Shown here: positions 56,411 to 63,463 of the stretch, piece by piece | How the letters are laid out: the number at the start of each line of letters is the position of its first letter | Position numbering within the stretch: position 1 is the stretch's first letter | Source of the DNA: an uncultured Pseudomonadales bacterium | Lineage (GTDB): Bacteria > Patescibacteriota > Microgenomatia > UBA1400 > PJMF01 | DNA: 63,463 nucleotides | Direction: 5' to 3' | Assembly: GCA_964432115.1 (NCBI GenBank) | Contig: CAYSMC010000023.1 | Coordinates: 1-63,463 of the forward strand | Notes under the pieces: generated by a model | Database searches by the model: none | Told to the model about the DNA's origin: nothing | Seen by the model: the letters and a program-made list of their open reading frames with translations, nothing else | Position numbers and translations under genes: made by a program

Positions 56411-57904
56411 TTATGGTTGATCTTTTTTCTTAGTCAAATCTAGAATTAAGTAGCGCTCACCTGCCTCTAAAGTCTGATACTGTTCGGCTAAAGATCGGCG
56501 TTCTTTATCATCGTTAATACTCACATAGATTGTAGCACCGCTAGCAATTTTTTCTTCGATAGCAAAACCCAGTGGCCAACCACGCCGATTGGTTTGAAAC
56601 AAAAAAGCAGTGTCACCCATAGCCGGCGCGATAACTAACGCATCTTGGCTAGTGAGGCGATCAATAGCTTGTCCAGCCTCCAGATATTCCCAGGTATTAA
56701 CATTAAAAAAACCCATAATTTGTTGAGCCGATAATAATATACTACTGGAAAGAATCAGGGCCACCACCACACTGCCAATCACAGCTTTCTTAAATTTGTG
56801 TCTAAGCATCAAGCTACCTCTAGCTAAACTAATAGCTACGATCGGAATTACTAAGTTTTGATAATAATCATGTTGAATATTGCCACTAGCTAAGACAATA
56901 AAATAAAGAATGATTCCCAACCACCAGGCAGCATAAATAAAATCATGTTTGCGGACCCGGAAAGTATTAGCTATTAATAAAATAATGCCAGTAAAACCTA
57001 AAAAAAGCTTAGTTAAACGTTCATAAAACAGCCACCGCCACCAAGCTGGTCGTAGGCGGATGTTGTTTTTATTAAATAACCAGTCAGACACAGGAATGCC
57101 CTCTGGAAAATTAGTAATCCAGTGTCGCCACAGAAGCAGTGGCAAAAAAGCCATAATTGGAAAAAGATAAAAAGCAATCTGTTGAAAAATTTTTCTGTCT
57201 AAATAATACCAAGCAATTGCTAAATACACTGGAGCTAGAAAAGCTATAAAAGGTTTGAGTAAAGCAGCTAAAGCTAGACTCAACAGAGCAATTAGATAAT
57301 GAAGCCAGGTAAATTTTTGAGGGCCATGTTTTTTTCGACTCTGAGATTGACAAAATTCAGCCCATTGCCAAATAGATAGCAAACTAAAAGCCAGCATAAA
57401 CGGCTCGGGTAAAATCGTACGCCCATAATAAACGGCATAAGGTAAAACGGCGTAAATGAAAGCAGCAAGAAGCGCCAGAGATTGAGTATCGATTAGTTTA
57501 ATCAAACGATAAAGAGCATAAATAGCCAAGAGTGAGGCTACGATCGAAAATAGACGACTAACAATCACCAAATCAAAATTACAGCCCAAAGTTTGACTAA
57601 GACGCAAAAACCCTGCAATTAAACCGTTGATAATAGGGAATTCGACCATCCGGTAGCCTTCAGGATTAGCTAAGCCCGATTGAATATCGGATAAATCATG
57701 ATATTTAGGATGCAATAAATCAATCTGGTCAGCTTTTAAATATTCCCTGGTCACCGAAGCGGTATCGGCTTGACGGAAACTATGCCAATCTAAGAGTGGA
57801 TAATGAATACGATAAAGGCGTAGCACAAAGGCAAGTAAAAGAATGGCAACAATTAACCAGCTATTTTTTACTTTGGACTTTGTTTTTTTGGCTTTTTTGC
57901 TCAT
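56411..57904 (-). CDS. GT-C glycosyltransferase (ArnT/PMT-like, family 39/83)
   Basis: 497 aa and polytopic. First-loop acidic motif PLLDWHSFRQADTA and a C-terminal soluble domain. Confidence 0.7.
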   Translation of the reverse strand: MSKKAKKTKSKVKNSWLIVAILLLAFVLRLYRIHYPLLDWHSFRQADTASVTREYLKADQIDLLHPKYHDLSDIQSGLANPEGYRMVEFPIINGLIAGFLRLSQTLGCNFDLVIVSRLFSIVASLLAIYALYRLIKLIDTQSLALLAAFIYAVLPYAVYYGRTILPEPFMLAFSLLSIWQWAEFCQSQSRKKHGPQKFTWLHYLIALLSLALAALLKPFIAFLAPVYLAIAWYYLDRKIFQQIAFYLFPIMAFLPLLLWRHWITNFPEGIPVSDWLFNKNNIRLRPAWWRWLFYERLTKLFLGFTGIILLIANTFRVRKHDFIYAAWWLGIILYFIVLASGNIQHDYYQNLVIPIVAISLARGSLMLRHKFKKAVIGSVVVALILSSSILLSAQQIMGFFNVNTWEYLEAGQAIDRLTSQDALVIAPAMGDTAFLFQTNRRGWPLGFAIEEKIASGATIYVSINDDKERRSLAEQYQTLEAGERYLILDLTKKKDQP

Positions 57905-59528
57905 GATTTTTTTGATAATTTATGGCTAAGATGGCTCCGGCCAGAGCCCAATAGGTAAAAGCGATTTTGGAAGAGGCGAAAACGTCAATATATAAGGCAT
58001 TGACCAACAATCCAATACTGGCTGCCATGAAAGCTAAATTCAAACTTTTTAACCAAGGACTAGCTTTTTTATTTTGCTTAATTTGGTAAAAAATTACCCA
58101 AAAAATTCCATAAAAAGTAATGAAACCCAATAAACCTGTTTCACCCAAGGTGCGCAGAAAATTATTATCAGTGCTTTCAGCTTCGGTGAATTGGTAAAAT
58201 TCTTGTTTATTGAGGGTGGCATAAGCACTGCCCAACAACGGATTGGTCATAAAACCAGCAATTGCATTGGGCCAGAGCTCATCTAAGCGAATGGCGAGTG
58301 ATAAACCATATTTCATGGCATTAGGTGACCAAGTACGTTCTTTTTCTACTATCACTACATTGCCAGCATTGTCTTCTTCTAAAACTTGATCTGGAATATC
58401 TTCATAAACATCGACTGGTCGAGTGCTGATTGGTTGCTCATCGGTTCTAGTTAAAGTGTTTTCGTCTACGGCAATGCCGTTATCGGGAGGATTGCCACGA
58501 GTTTTAATCCACACAGCTACATTCTCATATTTTTCTTCCAACACTTGCAGTTGTTTTTCGCTAAATTTTACACTGTCTTCATACGCCGTATAAGCTTCTG
58601 GATAGGCGCGCAAAATTTGTAAAAAACGATCTTGCATATCACCACCAAAAACAAAAATCATAAGCACGATTAAAACAGAAAAGCTTGTACCTCGCCGAAA
58701 AATGTCCCATAAACGTTTGACCAATAGTGGTTCTTGCCAAGCCAAAAGAATAATGGCGACCAAAATAGCTAAAAGATAAGCGGCAAAAGAAGTACGGGAA
58801 GCAGAAACAAGCAATAACCATAAGCCAATAAAATGAAGGATTTTGAAAATAATACGACCGGCTCGTTGTTGACTTTTAATGCCTAAGACATAAAAAATTG
58901 GTAACAACAATACCAAAAATCCGGCCAAATCATAGTGACCAGCAAAAGTGGATTGCACTCGAGCATGTTCGGTTAGATAAAGTACCATGCCCTTACTAAA
59001 TTCACGATTCATGGTAGAAAACACTGGCCAATAATGATATTTTTGGCCATAACCATAAATACTCACCAGCACCAAAGTCAATGCCAAGGTATAAATGACC
59101 AGTTTCAAATCCTTTTCCGATTTAATATTGGAGTAAAGAATAAAAAGTAAAGAAAAATATTCGATATAGCGCAATAAATGTAAAAATGACTTAGCAAAGT
59201 GAAGGGTTTCTAGTGGAATAGTGCGAATAATAAATAAGCCAGAAATAATTGATAAAAAAGCTACTATTAAATAAGCAAAAATCCATTTAGTCACTGGATT
59301 TTGCCAAGTGATTTTTTTTCGCCAGACTTGAATTAAGTAAAAAAGGGTCACTAGTCCAACAAAAATATCTTCTAATCGAACACGAACAATATAGCCAGGA
59401 ATAGCCTCAAACAATGGTATTTTGGGATAAAGAGGAATAAAGATTAATAAAAATAATGAAGCAAAAAGTAACAGGCGCTGATCAATAAAATTTGCTAGTT
59501 TCTGAGCCAGTGTTGGTTTTTTTGCCAT
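57861..59528 (-). CDS. Wzy_C-family (O-antigen ligase/polymerase-like) membrane protein with large hydrophilic insert
   Basis: About 555 aa from ATG 59528 (the ORF track starts at TTG 59534). SASRTSFAAYLLAIL motif. A hydrophilic segment of about 115 aa (MQDRF...WPNAIAGF) lies between TM blocks. The 3' end overlaps the next gene by 44 nt. Confidence 0.65.
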   Translation of the reverse strand: MAKKPTLAQKLANFIDQRLLLFASLFLLIFIPLYPKIPLFEAIPGYIVRVRLEDIFVGLVTLFYLIQVWRKKITWQNPVTKWIFAYLIVAFLSIISGLFIIRTIPLETLHFAKSFLHLLRYIEYFSLLFILYSNIKSEKDLKLVIYTLALTLVLVSIYGYGQKYHYWPVFSTMNREFSKGMVLYLTEHARVQSTFAGHYDLAGFLVLLLPIFYVLGIKSQQRAGRIIFKILHFIGLWLLLVSASRTSFAAYLLAILVAIILLAWQEPLLVKRLWDIFRRGTSFSVLIVLMIFVFGGDMQDRFLQILRAYPEAYTAYEDSVKFSEKQLQVLEEKYENVAVWIKTRGNPPDNGIAVDENTLTRTDEQPISTRPVDVYEDIPDQVLEEDNAGNVVIVEKERTWSPNAMKYGLSLAIRLDELWPNAIAGFMTNPLLGSAYATLNKQEFYQFTEAESTDNNFLRTLGETGLLGFITFYGIFWVIFYQIKQNKKASPWLKSLNLAFMAASIGLLVNALYIDVFASSKIAFTYWALAGAILAINYQKNHEQKSQKNKVQSKK

Positions 59529-59530
59529 AA

Positions 59531-60547
59531 TCAATTATTTAAAATTGCTAGAGCTTCACGGTAAATTGTCGCTTGTCTTTTCTTGCCAGTCAAGCGATAA
59601 ATTAAGTAACGTAAAGCAGCTCCAGCGCGTAAAATCCAGCGCAGTAAGCGTTGTTGGTAGGCAGGAAAATGCTTGCGCCATATATATAAGTAAGATTTAA
59701 ATTCGCCCAAAATGGCATTCTGGCTTGAGGAGCTGGCGCTACCCAAGTGGACAATTTGAGCATGGGGATGAATCGCAATATCGAAGTGGTGATTTCTAGC
59801 CCTCAAGCAAAATTCTTGATCCTCACCATACATAAAAATATTTTTATCTAAGTAGCCAATGCGCTCAATCACTGCCCTTCTAATCATCATCGCTGCTCCA
59901 GACACCCAGGCCTTATGAATCAATTCGTTTTGTCGGCGTTGTTGATCTAGCAACTGCTTGTGGTTGAGCTGCTGATTGAGGCCAGTTTCTTGAGTAGAGG
60001 GTAGATATTTACCGATAATTGGCAAATCATCTAAAAAAAACATTTGATTAAAAATAGCACCGAGTGACAATTTTGAGCCACCTTGGGGTTGTAGACTGCC
60101 GTCGGCATTAAGCAAAGTGGGGCTTAAAATGCCTAAATAATCGATAATTTCTTCGCTATCTTGAGTAGTAGCCGTCGCCAATTGATCGGGATGATCTAGA
60201 AAAGTTTGAACCAACATTTCAATCGCGCCTTTTTGAACAATAGTGTCGGAGTTTAAAAGCAAAATGTATTGACCCTTCGCTTGTTTAAGCGCCTGATTAT
60301 TAGCTCGGGCAAAACCTAAATTCTTTTTATTAACAATTAATTGATAATAACGAAATTTTCCTCGATTAAAAAATTGTTTAATAGCTTGGATACTGCCATC
60401 TCGGCTGTGATTATCAACCACCAAGATTTCACTGCTTTTTTTTAATAGATCACTGTGTTTAATTTCTGTTAATAGACTGTCTAGCGCTTGGATAGTTAAA
60501 TCTTTAGTATTGTAAGAAACAATAATCACTGATAAAAGTTTTTGCAT
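59531..60547 (-). CDS. family 2 glycosyltransferase
   Basis: From ATG 60547 (MQKLLSVIIVSYN). Motifs ILVVDNHSRDGS and LNSDT. Confidence 0.8.
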   Translation of the reverse strand: MQKLLSVIIVSYNTKDLTIQALDSLLTEIKHSDLLKKSSEILVVDNHSRDGSIQAIKQFFNRGKFRYYQLIVNKKNLGFARANNQALKQAKGQYILLLNSDTIVQKGAIEMLVQTFLDHPDQLATATTQDSEEIIDYLGILSPTLLNADGSLQPQGGSKLSLGAIFNQMFFLDDLPIIGKYLPSTQETGLNQQLNHKQLLDQQRRQNELIHKAWVSGAAMMIRRAVIERIGYLDKNIFMYGEDQEFCLRARNHHFDIAIHPHAQIVHLGSASSSSQNAILGEFKSYLYIWRKHFPAYQQRLLRWILRAGAALRYLIYRLTGKKRQATIYREALAILNN

Positions 60548-60559
60548 AATTGTCAAATT

Positions 60560-61183
60560 TTATTGAAACAAGCGGGGGCGTCCTAAACGATAATTACTAG
60601 CGGTTCTTGGTCGCTCACCAATCACTTTGGCTGGTACACCAGCTACAATTTGGTAGGGTTCCACATCTTTGGTAACAATTGCTCCAGCCGCCACCACTGC
60701 TCCTTCACCAATAATTACTCCTGGCATAATAATCGCGCGAGGGCCAATAAAGACATAATCGCCTATTACCACTCGCTCTTCAATTGTTTTCATTTCACTG
60801 GATTTAACATCGTGCTCACTTGTCCAAATCATCACTTCAGAAGCAATGTCGACATGATTGCCGATATTTAAACCTCCTTGAGAATTGGGCAATTGACGAC
60901 GACCATCTAAAGTGACTTTTTCACCGATCAAAGTGCCCTTACCAATGCTAATTCCAGCGGGATAATAGATTCTAGCCATCATGTGAATGGTAGATTTGGA
61001 GCCAATTTTCATGCCCGACAGACGATAAAAGAAGCGTCGCCAACTGTGAAAAGGTAAAAAACCGACTCCCCACCAGAGGAAACCAGTCCAGATTTCTAAA
61101 AGAATTGTTTTGAGACGAGTTTTAGCTTTACTGCGAATTTGCTTAGCAGTTAAAACCTGTCCATTTTTATCTTTAATCGACAT
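60560..61183 (-). CDS. membrane-anchored hexapeptide-repeat (LbH) acetyltransferase
   Basis: I prefer ATG 61183 (MSIKDKNG), which lies 6 nt after a minus-strand TATACT, over the TTG 61231 of the ORF track. Has a TM segment (ILLEIWTGFLWWGVGFL) and left-handed beta-helix repeats (IGDYVFIGPRAIIMPGVIIGEGAVVAAGAIV). Confidence 0.75.
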   Translation of the reverse strand: MSIKDKNGQVLTAKQIRSKAKTRLKTILLEIWTGFLWWGVGFLPFHSWRRFFYRLSGMKIGSKSTIHMMARIYYPAGISIGKGTLIGEKVTLDGRRQLPNSQGGLNIGNHVDIASEVMIWTSEHDVKSSEMKTIEERVVIGDYVFIGPRAIIMPGVIIGEGAVVAAGAIVTKDVEPYQIVAGVPAKVIGERPRTASNYRLGRPRLFQ

Positions 61184-61234
61184 GCAACTAGTATACAACA
61201 GAGATAAGAAAGTGTTGAGGCCTGACTGCAAAAG

Positions 61235-62248
61235 CTATTTTTTGGTCTGAGGTGGAGTGATGCCAAAATATCGATAAGCCTTTTTGGAAATCATCCGACC
61301 TTTGGGAGTGCGGCGAAGAAAGCCAATTTGCAATAAATAAGGTTCTAAAACTTCTTCAACGGTGCCGGAATCCTCACTAATACTGGCTGACAGAGTTTTG
61401 AGGCCAACTGCCTTACCATCATGTTTTTGAATCAGAGCCATTAATAAACGCCGATCGTTTTCATCCAGTCCCAACTCATCGATTTCAAAAATTTCAAGAG
61501 CTTTGGTGACTAAATTAACATCAATTTGTGCTTTTTCCAAAATTTGTGCAAAATCTCGAACTCTTTTTAAGAGTTTAAGGGCAATTCGTGGTGTGCCTCG
61601 CGCGCGTTTGGCTAGTGATAAACGAGCCTCTCGATCAATTCGACAATTGAGTTTTTTACTAGCCAAGTCAATAATGATTTCTAATTCTTCTGGTTGATAA
61701 AATTCTAAGCGATGAATCAAGCCAAAACGATCTCTAAATGGACCAGTAAGCAAACCAAAGCGAGTGGTCGCTCCGACCAAAGTGAATTTAGCCAAATCGA
61801 GGCGAACGGTGCGAGCACTGGGGCCCTTGCCGATCACAATATCCAGCGCAAAGTCTTCCATCGCTGGATAAAGAGTTTCTTCAACAGCTTTGGGTAAGCG
61901 ATGAATTTCATCAATAAATAAAACATCACCGTCTTCCAAGTTGGTCAAAATGGCGGCTAAATCACTGGTTTTTGACAGTGCTGTACCTGAGGTGATGCGA
62001 AAATTAACCCCCATTTCCTTAGCAATCAGTTGCGCTAAAGTGGTTTTTCCCAGACCAGCAGGGCCATAAAATAAAATATGATCAACCGCTTCTTGGCGCT
62101 GGCGTGCCGCATCAATGGCAATTTTTAGTGATTTTTTAATATTGACTTGACCCAAAAACTCTTGCCAACTACTGGCTCGCAGTGAAGTAAACAGCAATTC
62201 CTCTTCATCATTATTAATTAGACGTGGATCGGTTTGTGTTTGTTTCAT
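61235..62248 (-). CDS. ruvB: Holliday junction branch migration helicase RuvB
   Basis: 337 aa. Walker A GPAGLGKTT and Walker B LFIDEIHR. Confidence 0.95.
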   Translation of the reverse strand: MKQTQTDPRLINNDEEELLFTSLRASSWQEFLGQVNIKKSLKIAIDAARQRQEAVDHILFYGPAGLGKTTLAQLIAKEMGVNFRITSGTALSKTSDLAAILTNLEDGDVLFIDEIHRLPKAVEETLYPAMEDFALDIVIGKGPSARTVRLDLAKFTLVGATTRFGLLTGPFRDRFGLIHRLEFYQPEELEIIIDLASKKLNCRIDREARLSLAKRARGTPRIALKLLKRVRDFAQILEKAQIDVNLVTKALEIFEIDELGLDENDRRLLMALIQKHDGKAVGLKTLSASISEDSGTVEEVLEPYLLQIGFLRRTPKGRMISKKAYRYFGITPPQTKK

Positions 62249-62832
62249 GATTTTTTTCCACTGGCAATTTTGAGCGCTTGTTTGATGGCGACTGCTAAGT
62301 CTAAATTATCGACATCGACTTTTTCCAGAGCCAAATTGATATCGCGATCTTCAAAACCCAAACCCAGGAGCGCGTCATAAACATCCTGTCTTTTAGGTGA
62401 AAGAGTGGCTAGATTGAGTTCTTTCAGACTACCGAGTTTGCTCTTTAATTCAATGATAATTTTTTGGGCAAGTTTCTTGCCTACTCTAGGCACTGCGGTA
62501 AAAAAACTCAAATTAGCTTCTTGTACCGCACTAATAAGTCTGTCAGCTCCACCATTAATAATCCCCAGAGCAGTTTTTGGCCCAACTCCGGACACAGTCA
62601 AAACTAACTGAAAAAGGGCTAACTCTTTTTCTTGTTGGAAACCATAAAGTTCTAATTTATCTTCCTTAACGTGAGTATAAATGTGGGCTTCGAGTTCTTC
62701 GCCAGCCACTTCACTACTAACTGCGCTTTGTAAAAAATTACTGGGAGCATAAACCTGATAACCAACGCCAGCGCAAACAATGATTAAATAATGTTCTTTA
62801 ACAACAACTTGTCCTTTTAGATAAGCGATCAT
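62245..62832 (-). CDS. ruvA: Holliday junction DNA-binding protein RuvA
   Basis: 195 aa. MIAYLKGQV N-terminus and HhH motifs (VSGVGPKTALGI). ATGA overlap with ruvB. Confidence 0.9.
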   Translation of the reverse strand: MIAYLKGQVVVKEHYLIIVCAGVGYQVYAPSNFLQSAVSSEVAGEELEAHIYTHVKEDKLELYGFQQEKELALFQLVLTVSGVGPKTALGIINGGADRLISAVQEANLSFFTAVPRVGKKLAQKIIIELKSKLGSLKELNLATLSPKRQDVYDALLGLGFEDRDINLALEKVDVDNLDLAVAIKQALKIASGKKS

Positions 62833-63329
62833 AATTTTTTGAGCTTTCTGCTAGCTTGATGGCAAAGGAGCAAGGCGAGTGCGTCAAAAGTATCATCAAG
62901 GATCTCTTGTGCACTGTTTTGATCAATTGCTAACTCTAATCTTACCATCTTTTCTACTGCTTTTTTATCGGCTCGTCCATAGCCAGTTACCGCTTGCTTG
63001 ATTTGCAGCGGTGTGTATTGACTAATTTTTAGCCCAGCCTTGAGAAGCGTGGCCATAATCAAACCGCGCGCTTCGCTAACTTTCATGGCGCTAGTTTGAT
63101 TTTTAAACCAAAACAGAGTTTCAATAGCGGCTTCATCGGGGTGATGGTGCTCAATAATGGCGGTTAAATCTTCTAAGATTTGTTGATAACGCTGCTCAAT
63201 TGTGCCTTGGCGATCGGTAATAATACAACCGTGACCAAAAATTTTCCAAGTGCCGGTAGTTTCTTGCGCTACTGCCCAACCTAGGCGGTCATAACCAGGG
63301 TCAATACCAATAATAATCGGATTAGCCAT
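62829..63329 (-). CDS. ruvC: crossover junction endodeoxyribonuclease RuvC
   Basis: 166 aa. IIGIDPGYDRLGWAV catalytic N-terminus. Confidence 0.9.
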   Translation of the reverse strand: MANPIIIGIDPGYDRLGWAVAQETTGTWKIFGHGCIITDRQGTIEQRYQQILEDLTAIIEHHHPDEAAIETLFWFKNQTSAMKVSEARGLIMATLLKAGLKISQYTPLQIKQAVTGYGRADKKAVEKMVRLELAIDQNSAQEILDDTFDALALLLCHQASRKLKKL

Positions 63330-63463
63330 GTTGACTCTCTGCCAGTTTCTTGAGCTGGCGCAAAATGGCTTGAGCAGATTTTTGCCAACTAAATTGTTTA
63401 ATATGATTCTGTCTTTTTTTCAGCACGCTTTGATATTGTTTTTTAGTGAATTGACTAAATTTT
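63322..63463 (-). CDS. glycosyltransferase (GT4-like), C-terminal fragment cut by the window edge
   Basis: My translation of the minus strand is ...KFSQFTKKQYQSVLKKRQNHIKQFSWQKSAQAILRQLKKLAESQHG*. FSWQKSAQ..L resembles the usual GT4 C-terminal helix. Its stop overlaps the ruvC start (ATGGCTAA, 8 nt). It is not in the ORF track because it is under 60 aa. Confidence 0.5.
   Translation of the reverse strand, partial: KFSQFTKKQYQSVLKKRQNHIKQFSWQKSAQAILRQLKKLAESQHG

Noticed and set aside
1-63463. A search for CRISPR arrays, IS or transposase genes, integrases, phage genes, toxin-antitoxin or restriction-modification/defence modules, and rRNA genes.
   Set aside because: I saw no regularly spaced repeats, terminal inverted repeats or recognisable mobile or defence gene products. 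All long ORFs are accounted for by housekeeping or envelope functions.
1-63463. Possible alternative genetic code (UGA recoding, as in some CPR lineages).
   Set aside because: Every conserved protein is full length under the standard code, and TGA is used as a genuine stop (for example murA, ileS and ruvA). No recoding is needed.

Overview
This is an AT-rich, very tightly packed bacterial chromosome segment. It is read with the standard genetic code, and every long ORF is intact. The gene content suggests a small-genome Patescibacteria/CPR-like organism: class-I LysRS, split transketolase, GatCAB, DUF4012, short overlapping operons and weak Shine-Dalgarno usage. That taxonomic call is inference only. 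I support about 56 protein genes and 4 tRNAs.

Gene content by region:
- 90-20248: core information-processing and housekeeping genes (efp, greA, lysK, serS, secA, mutM, split tkt, dnaE, gatCAB, htpX, lemA).
- 20354-20850: a tRNA cluster (Asp, Gly, Thr) with a 51-codon histidine-phosphatase remnant between two tRNAs.
- 20894-24755: a small envelope-glycan locus (Ig-like membrane protein, Wzy_C, GT2, Wzx).
- 24822-34625: lepB, then a cell-wall/division block murB-murA-mraY-ftsW-murG-ftsQ-ftsA-ftsZ.
- 34672-41689: T-box-controlled ileS coupled to a SEDS gene, then rplU-methyltransferase-rpmA and an orphan parB.
- 41724-45115: the inverted mraZ-rsmH-ftsL-ftsI half of the dcw cluster.
- 45315-50160: glyQS with a hypothetical gene, recO and DUF4012.
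- 50179-61183: an 11-kb glycan assembly operon.
- 61235-63463: ruvCAB overlapped by another glycosyltransferase gene at the window edge.

I found no CRISPR array, mobile element, rRNA or recognisable defence system.

The most interesting signals not visible in the ORF track are:
- a clear T-box riboswitch with a terminator/antiterminator switch upstream of ileS;
- a perfect 16-bp parS-like palindrome plus a near copy inside murB, with related half-site repeats upstream of parB;
- a recurrent promoter architecture in which the -10 box sits only 6-11 nt from the start codon, implying leaderless or near-leaderless mRNAs;
- the large glycan locus, which has a GT-C enzyme, two Wzy_C proteins and DUF4012 but no flippase in cis.
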